The notes under the pieces are model-generated. The model was not told where the DNA came from and did not search any database. It saw only the letters and a program-made list of their open reading frames with translations. Shown piece after piece: positions 53,232 through 64,000 of a stretch of 64,000 nucleotides of DNA; the stretch's first letter is position 1; each line of letters begins with the position of its first letter. The stretch is from positions 25,965,175 to 26,029,174 of the forward strand of contig NC_092677.1 in NCBI RefSeq assembly GCF_964355755.1, in the 5' to 3' direction. Origin of the DNA: Antedon mediterranea. Lineage: Eukaryota; Animalia; Echinodermata. The position numbers and the translations under genes were made by a program.

Positions 53232-55048
53232 TTGAGATCTGGGTGGTACAGTAGCGTGGCAAATCGTTCACTGATTTAGATAGTAAGTAGGCACTGATGA
53301 CAGTATAAAATCAAGAAGAGCGAATTTAAACAAAACTATTGTATACTGTGTACAAGTTAGTGTGTAAAGTGGTTGGATTCCGGTGACGCAATATTAAGAG
53401 AGCTACGTGTGAATTGAGTTTACGTTTGTAACGGTTTTTAGGGATTTTCGACATTTCAAATACTACCTAATTGAGGTGATTAACCACCTAAAATGTACAT
53501 TTGGGAAAGTTGATGGTGCTAACGGCTATTGTGTTTGCGTGGGGAAGTGTTAGGACTTATTGCATCTAATCAAAGAGATGTGCAGACGCATAAAACGAAC
53601 GATTACAAACGCGTTGAACGTCGTTGATGTGTGAAACGCGACTACAACACGTAGGCAAATACAAAAAAACCCCACAATTTATACGTTTGAAACTGAAATT
53701 GGGAAAACAGATTAGGCCTATCAATGTGTTATACTAGTTAAACAATCGACAGGGGTATACTTTGTTTCAAGCGAAACGATACAATATACACACGCGACCA
53801 TAAATTTGTATTTTACAATTTATAGGCCTAGGAATGTTTCCGTCCGTGTGCCCTCGATCGGTTGGGGAGTGAGGAGCAGTATCGGAGGAGTTCAATGAAT
53901 CACTTAATGTACTGATTACAATATAGTGCAGTCAAAAAAATATACGATATCTTAGAAGCGAAAGGTGAAGTTAATTATTTTCATAAATGTGTCAACGAAC
54001 ACTCGCTCGGGGCCGAATGTGACCCGAATGTGGTGACGTTGCTAACCGATGACAAGGTCATTTCAATGTCAAGGTTTTATCACATTAAAACATCAGGAAA
54101 GCATTAAGAACAGGGAATGTGATTTTTATTAGAAAACCAATATAGGCCTACTTTTACAATGATATCTCAGGGATTTTCTTCTCAAGCCTCAACAATATTA
54201 AAGTTGTGCGTTTTAATTCATATTATTGCATTACTGATGGTTCCGCACGTTTTTGGGACGAATTTGCGGACTCCTCTAATTTCTAGCTATGTGAACAACG
54301 AGATCGTCACAAAGCGAATCAGTCTTCTTCTTTATTGGCTCACAGCCACTGAGAATAAACGTTGCTATTGCCTCACTCATTTAATTGTAAATGAAAATTA
54401 ACGTTCAAGTTCAAGTTATATTATTAGACTATTAAATAATAGATTATATAGGCCAGCTAGATCTACTTAAGATAACTGGATATTGAACCTGAACGCAAAT
54501 TAATTGTCGGTATACTTTGATGTAAACAACACTTTCGCGAGAAATTGAAGAAAACAAAAACTGTTAGTTATTTACAATCTTGTATCATCCAGTGGAGATG
54601 ACACGACCCATGGGTGTCGTCACATCACTTATCGGTTTCTACTTGATTACGTTCTTCTCAGGTCACACAGCCAAACCGTTACCTTACACTTCGATTTGAT
54701 TTATCAACTGTGGGTTATTCCATTATATCTGAATCACATACGTTACGTCATTATTATTATTACGTCATTATTATTCATTCCATCAAAATAAAGAAGTTCC
54801 TATTATACAAATATAAAGAAATCCTGTTCGTGTACTTAAACCGGAACTGAAATGGCATAAATAATTCCACATACAAATACTATTAAGTTGTTACTCATTG
54901 ATAAGAAAACCTCAATAAAAATAGAACAGTCTAAGTTTACCTTATATAAGAAGAAAATGATCATTTTGGCATTAGTAGAAATTTTTTCCGAGTATCGGTG
55001 GTTACTTTAATAAGAGAGAGAAAAAGAAAAATATTGGTATCTACAAAG

Positions 55049-58000
55049 ATGCATCTTCATAATATATCACAGCAGCTATTTATTATTGGTTTAAGTATAC
55101 TTATTATATCAACGTCCGTGTTGGCAAAGTCTGCGAAGAAGCGCGACAAAAAAGGATCAGAAACTGTGAAAAGACAGGGTTTTGTTTTAAACATTACAGG
55201 AGATGTTCCAGTTTTAACGGGGCAAAGGGGTAAACAGACATCGTATATTCTCGGACCCCAGCAAAAGACGGTAAGTAGGCTTAGCTAGTATTCTAGGAAG
55301 TTTGATCGCAATCGGAGATATATCACTTCCGATAAATAATGCTACTGCTGATATAAATAGGAAATCATTCGATCCAAGTGTTTCGACAATTGTAGGCCTA
55401 ATATTGAGGTACACTATGCCTCCTTTATATTATTTAGGCCTAAGTTAATACGGTACCAGTAGATTGTCCGCATTATGGACTATCAAAATAACTAGAATGA
55501 GTAGGTCTACTGGGAAAGTAGGTTAAACTATCGCATTTGAAACCACCTGCCATGGTTGGTAGTATACTGCTAAAGGGGAATGCTTAGGTCTAGTTCAATC
55601 ATTCAATCAATCAATCGAAATAACATGTATTTCCTTCCATTATAAAAAAACATAAATATAATTTCTTACGATGTGTAAAAATGAAGGAGTGTACTGTTTA
55701 AAAAAAGCAGAACTTGTGCTGAAAGTGCCTACACAAAAAAATATTTCATAATAGTTTATAGAAATTATTCTATTACATACTTCATTGTGACTAACTTACC
55801 TGTGATTGGCACGATATGTTGTAATAATGCACTTTATTATGTTATTTAATCCTACATTCTTTCTGTGAAGTATTTGTAAATATTTTGATCTTTTTGATAA
55901 AACAAATGTATTACTATTAGGCCTATAGTGAACTTTCTTGCACATCTTAAAGGCTGCCGACAGAAAATCTATTTTTAGACCCAAGTCAAAACATTTGACC
56001 CAGTAATTAATTAAAACTCCACGATAAGGTGTAAAATTCGAACCACTTTGAACATCCGCTAATTTGTCGGTGAATCATGTGTGGTCAAGACAGGACAATG
56101 TTTACTTTTAAGGTCCATAGAGAACATAACTGACGTTTGGGTTTGTCATAAAATGGTCATTATAGATTTAGAATTGGGCCTACAGGTTAATGACTTGATT
56201 CTGTATTATTTTAAAGCTCTGTCTACACTATCAAAATAGTTTGACATAAAAAGTGTGATATATTATGTGTGTGGTAGTGATATGCTCAAATATGGTAGTG
56301 GTATGCTCAAATATGGTAGTGATATGCTCAAATATGGTAGTGGTATGGGCACATCACATTTTTTCCCACATAACGTTTGATACTTGTAGACAGAGCTTTA
56401 GATTATGCTTATGTTTTTTTAAAGGCCTTCTGAAATGTAGTAATTGAAAACCCATCTATCGCAATATTCCTCCATATAGGCAAATTCCATGATACAGCGT
56501 CCCATGTCTGTCACATGCAATGCCTGTACTGAAGGTTAGGTCTATGATACAGACTTCAGTCATATGTGTTTCACATGCGATACTGTATCATGAATTTGCC
56601 AATGATACTGTGCAATATCAGTACCGAGAATCGGCTATTCAAAAATTAATATAATTTCTCTATACGATTATAATACAATCGCATTTTTATCAGACATTCT
56701 GGCTCTCCTCGTCCCGTTATATCAAATGGATGATTATTACAAAAGCAGATCTCCTAATTTTGTTTGACTGTGATGTTGTATCATCTCGACGTTAGAAATG
56801 TCACACCACAGTTTATTACCGATCAATCTTCTCTTAGTTCGCTTAATAAGTTTGTAAACACTTTAATAGGAAGAAAGGATGTTACTTCAATCTGTAATGC
56901 GTCCCATATTAAGAAGAAGCATGAGTGACGGATCTAGGATATAGTGTGTTGACGGTGGTGGAGGAGGGTGGTGGACAAGGCCTATAGACAAAATAAAATT
57001 GTATAATGAAGTTATAAACCTAATTTTGTTCAGCATTTACCGAAATGTAGGGGTGGGTTTCCCCTTAAACAACCACCCATCTCCCCTTTGTGTGTACAAT
57101 AAGCAAGAACATCTTTCCTAAATTTAGGAATGGTCCGCTGATTCGTTTAGTGCCATAATAATGAAATAAGGAAATCTTATACAGTATTGCGCCGGTTTCC
57201 ATCACAAATTAGATGGCGCATACTTTGTTCTGATGTAGTACATTTTGCAGATTTGAACCAATCCGTTTAAGACTTAACATATGACATAATGAGATTGCAC
57301 AGAAAAGCCAAACTGTTATCATTCCCTTCAAGCTTCCCAAAGACTTTCAACTAATTTCTTTGAACTTAAACTTATCACCTTTCCACGGTTTAATCCATCA
57401 CTCATCATTGTATTACAACTTAAACATTGAACTCGACGACAAAACGCTCGACTAAAAACAACAGTCTATTTTAACAGACTATTGTTAGCCTACTGTCTAA
57501 ATTCTACTTATGAGATTAACCATAATTTCCGCTATTTCCTGAGTTTTGGTAAAAACCACTCTATAAAACACGTTCATTATGAATACCACTCAAGAAGAGG
57601 CCTATACGATTTCAGTGCTTAGAATAAGAGATTTACCATGTGACAATTACAATTTAGCATCCAGCTTAAAAGTCATGGAGCGATGTTTCCTTAGGCCTAT
57701 ATTATTTTGTAGGCCATCTCTCCAAAATGTGGATTTATCCGACGGTATAATACAAGATTACTTCTTGGTTTTGAGTAATAATAGTGACAAAATGTCACTA
57801 TTATTAGGCCCTATACCTAAATACCGCAACAACCACTCGATCGACAGCCCGGATCAATTCATATTTTTCATCCAGCTTAAAAGCGCAGTAGCGCTGTTAG
57901 TTTCCTTATATTATTTTGTAGGCCTACCGTACCTCTCCGAAATGTGGATTTATTTATCCGACGGTATAATATACGATTTACTTCTTGGTTTCCAGTACTT

Positions 58001-61000
58001 CTAGAGTGTGCTAAATGTTGTTAATTCTGCCTATTAAGCGTGATTACATAATCACATTTCTCTCCACCGTGTGTCATTTGTTGAAGAAGATCAAAAAGCA
58101 TATCACCCAGTTACAGAGAAGCTAAGAGGTCAACAACCTAGACGTACTAAATGAATATATACCGGTACCTAAAATATGGCAACATATTAATTGTACATGG
58201 ATATGCCTATTTATCTTAAATTAAGTTATTATCAGGCCGAGGTTAGGTTGGTTTATTAGTTAATCCTTGTCTGAGCCATTTTAGGCTTAATAGTCTGTAT
58301 CTTTTAATATAGGGTGCCATAATTCCATTGCGCATGCTTGTGCCCATTTATACACCTGGGTGAAGTGAATATCAACGTAGATATTATAAGATCGAAACTC
58401 TCCTGTACGTTATGAGTTTTGTTTATAATTATTTATCTGTGTTTACGGTATGTGGAATGGAGAACAGCATGATTTTCGTGGCTAATTTAAAGAAACCCCG
58501 ATGTAGTTCACGTCACAGTGAGTTTATATAAAATTGCTGTCAACAGAAATGAAGAAACCAGTGAGGTTAATTTGTTAAGTTCAAAATAAAATACCACTCC
58601 AATAGATAAAATACGAAGTAGCGGCGGTGTGTAGTGTCCAAAACCTGTGATGGGTAGGAAATATACCGTATCGAGATCCCGGTTGAAAAACTGTGAAATA
58701 GACGCACTTCAACCGTGTACAGAACATTGTTTTTCACGCTGCTGCTCTAGCCCGCTACGTCCCATTAGGACTACTCAATCAGAAGCTAAATCAAGCAGCA
58801 GTTATAGTTCTAAGGACGACAGTTTTGCGAAAATGGAAACTCCACTATAATTTATAGATTTCCAGCTGCTACTGTAGACCCAAAAAACGTCTGAGAAAAG
58901 AGTCTATTAAGAAATCCCAAAGCATTTCTGGTATTTATGACTTTTGACTGTAATTTACTGTCAGATATTCATTGAATTATCATCGAAACAGTCCATTTGT
59001 GTTTGTAATAGGATACTTCACACTTGAAATATCTAGGGTGATGAAGTGACCCCCAGACTTGACCTTAGCAATAAAATTATATAAAACTAAAGTGACAGAA
59101 ATTGAGTATTTACTTCTGTAACAAAAAAATAATATTTATTCACATATAAAAAGAGAAAAGAAACCCAAAAAACCATTGTCTGACAGACAATTTAAGTATT
59201 TGTTGCTTTAAATTACATTTTTCAGGTAAAATAACTATTATGTGACAATAAAATGACACATTCAAAAAAATTTGAAATAGAAAATATTTTTCAATAAGCG
59301 AGCAGCGTTTTTTGTAAGAAATATTTCTTGTTTAGATATGGGGTAGGTGAGTAACTTGTATGGGTTGTATATGCTTCATTGCTGTAGGTCTATAGCAAGT
59401 TGATATACTTACATTGGTATAATTTATAGCATTTTGTTACTTTATAGCATTTTGTTACTTTATACCATTATGATTCATTGTTCGTTTTGTTTGTTACAGA
59501 ATTCAAGGAAAGGAAAAAATCGAAAATCAGGTGTACAATCGGACCTGACGGCAAAACAAGAAAAACAAATAGTCTCATGGCATAATAGTTACAGGCGAAG
59601 GGTTCCTGGACCGGCCTCAGATATGGAGGAAATGGTAAAGCACAATATTTAAAAATGGTCACGTGGCACGGTAAAATGTCACTATAATAATAATGTTCAA
59701 TTTATGCAACTCAAAGTGCACATGACGAGGTGGCGATCAAACGATCACGTGGCATAGCTCGCAGAAAGTTGGTTAGACCAAATACTTAACTTTAAAATCT
59801 GAAAGTGTTTTCCCCTGAAGTATGAAATGTTTATTCTTTTAAGTTATATTTTCTATACTTTCCTTAGAAATGGGATGACGATTTAGCAGCCATGTCTAAA
59901 GCATATGCCGAGCAGTGTGTGTGGGAACATGGGAACCCTGACTGGGACACCAATTACCATTACATAGGCCAGAACCTAGCCTGGAGCAGCAGTAGGGCTC
60001 GGCAGACGTCACCCTCATTCATGCTATCGTTATGGAACAATGAACGAAAGTATTACAACATTTTGACCAATGCTTGTCAAGAGAACCAAATGTGTGGACA
60101 TTACACTCAGGTACATGACATTTAATTTTTTAAGTGATTTGAAGCTCTGTTCATACTATCAAACTTTATGCGACAAAAAAATATGATATGCTTATATCAC
60201 TACCATATTTGGGAATATCACTACCATAAATGGGCACATCACACTTTTTTTTGTCAAAGTATTTTGATAGTGTAGACAGTGCTTAAGGGTGTTTATTATT
60301 TGAGGACGGATTAGTATAAACCCCTTCACATTGCATTAGGCCTACTGAGAGACCTGCACAAAAAACACATACATTATTTATGACCAACTGTGTGCCATTT
60401 TTTCCATTTTCTCCATTTTCGAGTTTATAAATAGATTTTCCTTTTGGATTTTGTTTGTGCGACAGAGCACAATTTATTTAATATATACGGTCAAGATAAA
60501 TACAAAATAATAACTTGAGTTGAAAATAGGGTCGAAACCAGAAGAAACCCTAACCCCTTTTCATATTTCGAATTTGTTTGACCGTTGTATCAACATTTAA
60601 CCGTCCTTTCTAATTTATCAGATGGTATGGGCAAGCACAAAGAACGTCGGATGTGCAATAAATTTTTGTCAAAGCCTTTTCGATCCTGCCTCTGGAGCAA
60701 CTCATAAAAATGCCAATTATCTTGTTTGCAATTATGGAGAAGGGTAGGTTGAGATTATATAATTCATGTTTAAGGATGTCGTATAGTAGGAGAAAAGTAT
60801 CGAAGAAATGGGTAATTGATGGCAGTAATTGATTGGATGCATGGTTCAATTAACACAGCCGACACGCGCGCCAGAGTACATGCCGAGGAGTACGCGTACG
60901 CAGACACAGTCTGTAGTGACAGAGATAGCTGAAAATGTATTACACCTAGACTTGTATCTTAATGACTTGTGATAGTCAGTTAGGGTATATCTAATGACAG

Positions 61001-63055
61001 CTTATTTGTTGAATTGAAAATACAGTATACATCGCTTATACGAGGACATCTAAATGCACCACCTACCAATTTTCTAGTTTACACTATGCAATTATAAAAT
61101 TGTATTTTCCAAGGATGCTTTGGAAAGGTTAAGATAATTAATTTGCATTATTAGGAGATAAATTCCTTGATATTTACCTCTAAAAGCTCTGCCAATTCAC
61201 ACGTCTCACAAAGGGAGACTATTGTAATACATGGTTGTAACATTTTAATAATGCCAACATTACTGCTTTTAAAACATTTAAATTTACGTCTTAATGGAAG
61301 ATACCTTCTATGTACTCAACATGCGACCTTTATTATAAAGTAAAACATCTCAATGAAGATGAGACTTTATTTAAGGAGAATTAAATACTGGACATACAGT
61401 TAGAGGCAAATATTTTCTAGTTATACGTACTGGTATGAATTTATGATGAAAACAAATACATAACCTTTATTCTAATGCCGCAGTAGCCTATGTCAAGAAA
61501 CGAAAGTACATTCACGTAAATTTCAGTAATGTTACCAATGTTTGTACTATCTAGAAACCACACACATTAATTGGGCGATTGTATAGTTCATATTAGGGAC
61601 GAAAATATTGCAAAAACAAAGAAGATGTTTTTTTTTTAAATGTAAAATGATGAATAACAAGATCACAAGTCTAGGCGCCATCGCCATACGTTTATCACGA
61701 TTCAAAAATGATTACCATTAAAGTTAAATCTCTTTAGGAAATTGGTTGTCCTAAATGCAATATGCCATTAAATGTTATGGTTGACCTTCTTCCGAACTCC
61801 GAATCACAGACCTGTTATAACACACCGGCCAAGACAACTCGACATGTCTAAATTTGTAAATCAATAGGAAAAAATAACAGGAAAGTACAATGTTAAATAT
61901 GTGCAAATAGATTTATGTTAGCCATTATAATTTTTACTTTACAGAGGAAATGTTGTTGGACGAAAACCATACAGTATTGGCGAACCGTGCAGTAAATGTG
62001 AATCGGGTAAAGGTACCTGCCGCAATGGACTTTGTAGTAAGTTTGCATTTCAAGAAAATCACATACACAAAATACGCAATACTCAAATTTCGTTCACCTC
62101 ACGTATTATGTTGATCTCGTGCCGCATCGAGTAGAAAAATAAAAACAGTACCTATAGTCGATGTATTTCGAACATGTCTGCTTCTGTCAACGTGGAAATC
62201 TAACCTTGGTTCTTTTTACAAATTTGTATTTCCCTGATTCGTTCGTTCATTCATTCGATTTTAAATGTTTTAAATCAATATTTTTAAATCCTTGTGTCGA
62301 CCAGACGCCCCTCTGGGGGAACGTGACCCTTGACTATGATTTATCCTTCACTGGAAGCCTACACTTTCCGCTAAAACATTGACAAAAACATGTTGAAGTC
62401 GGGAAATTTCTACGAAATTCTATTTCTGGAACGTCTGTGACGTGTACGTGACGTAGATAAAAAAGTTATTTGTGGTTGTTTACTTGGTGATAATTACACT
62501 TTTAATTGGTCCTAATAAGACCTGCAGGCTATAATCAAATGTAATACTTAAGTGCAATATTAAGTGCCAGAACCATCGACTTAAAGGGTCACTCCGGGTT
62601 TTACATTTATATTGTTCTATAGCAACAATATTGATATAAACCCACTTATTTTCCGACAGCAAAATGAACGTCGTAAATTAAGTCCCTTTCTTTAAAATGG
62701 CGCTACGGAATTTTTCTGGTGTCAAAAGATAGGAAATTCAATCATTCATCAAAATTGAGGCATTCTAAGGTTATTTAAAATGTTGTTGTGGAAAAAGTTG
62801 ATATGATAAACAAAAAGACATTTGAAATCAGGAGCTTACTTTTATAAGTGAAGTGTACAAAATTATCTGGACTCACTTTAATATGAACCATGAATTAATT
62901 ATAAAGAAGTTTATTTTAGATGTTCAGTTCAGTTTATAAGAAATGCCAAATGTGTAACGAAATGATTTATGAATGTAAGTGTTAAACGGCCACCACTTAA
63001 CTATGCTACTTTGAATTCTTTTTAGGTGACTGTAAAATGAAGGAAAAGGATTGCG
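55049..63055 (+). CDS. Secreted CAP/SCP-domain protein (CRISP/PI16/GLIPR1/CLEC18-like), 3'-partial
   Basis: join(55049..55270,59500..59634,59868..60110,60622..60743,61945..62036,63026..63055). Signal peptide, HNSYRR, DMEEMKWDDDLA, GQNLAW, CGHYTQMVWASTKNVGCA, YLVCNYGEGGN, KPYSIGEPCSKC. The last exon seen ends in a GTAAGT donor, so the gene continues beyond the window. Confidence 0.88.
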
Positions 63056-64000
63056 GTAAGTGGAAAAGTGCATTGCATCACTGCGCATGCGTCTTTAGAT
63101 TAATTAAATGAACTTGTTACGTTACCATGTTGATGAACGTAGGCCAAATAAGCTTATTAATTAATAGTGAGTTTTGCATTCAAAGCTAGTGTTTTTATTA
63201 CATAAACATCCGATTCGAGAGTAGGCCTACGCAGTAGTTACTAGTAGTATAACAGAAATAAACCAGTACACTGACTTGTAATAAACTTTAGCCAATAATA
63301 TAACAAGGCAATTCATCTTGCAACCTTTTAGAAAGTTGATGAAGTCATCAATCATAGTTAGGTGCGGTTTTAATCTGTGACATATTGATACAATACCATT
63401 ATAATAAACACTATATCTTATTGAATTACCTCTACGTATAATGTCCGGTTTCTCAAGAGAGATTCTTAATTGATACTTTATCTTTACGACGCGTGGTCAA
63501 AATGGCAACAAAAATTACAATGAAATGTGCACAAAAGTATTGTGCCTCCTTGCACAGTGCCTACACTGTTGCACCTTGTCCATTTTGCTTATGTTTTACG
63601 AAAAGGCCCCCTTTTATACGAACCGTCACAAATACGCATGTTGGTAATTGAACTGTACATCCGGGGCCTTTGGCAATATTTCTGGGCAGAGAACCGCAAG
63701 GTTCGTTAATTAGATGACTATTGATAGATTTTACTTATTTTATCTAATGAAAACATGAGCTATTGAAAAGTGCAAAGTCTTGACCGCCCTGAAGCCTTAC
63801 AAACCAACCGGCATGGAAATATCTTTCGACAAAAAGTTAACTGAAACACAATTTTAAACGCTTAACGTCATGTTGAATTATTTTTAGCCCAATTTTGTGG
63901 AATCTTTCACACATTTTTACTGCAAATCATGGCTACTAATTGGAATTAATAATAACACCATCGTAGAGGAATTAATTCATCTGTGGGACTAAATATAATC

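Noticed and set aside
57579-58004. 141-aa ORF in CAP gene intron 1
   Set aside because: It overlaps a local duplication (CATCCAGCTTAAAAG...GACGGTATAATA twice) and has no domain signal or convincing splice sites.

Overview
AT-rich, intron-containing animal genomic DNA. It is probably a marine invertebrate deuterostome such as an echinoderm, an inference from gene content and abundant TAGGCCTA words. Six spliced genes were reconstructed by hand with phase-consistent GT-AG junctions: (1) a CUB-LDLa-TM receptor (232-11525, +); (2) an LRP12/LRP3/LRP10-family receptor (14165-25071, +); (3) a NACHT-LRR (NLR) gene (34945-27922, -) with no death-fold domain, two short N/V/I-rich amyloid-like exons before the NACHT, and a frameshift in the LRRs; (4) an intact solo Myb/SANT-like gene of the Harbinger accessory type (38290-36563, -), head-to-head with (5) SRSF2 (39164-39940, +); (6) a secreted CAP/CRISP-domain gene running off the right edge (55049->63055, +). 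Non-coding space holds many MITEs (several PIF/Harbinger-type families, some nested), a dead Rex1/Babar-type LINE, a tRNA-derived SINE, Kolobok-like, pogo-like and Helentron-like elements, and a 3.37 kb foldback element with ~1.26 kb inverted arms. All gene models are manual predictions with no expression data.
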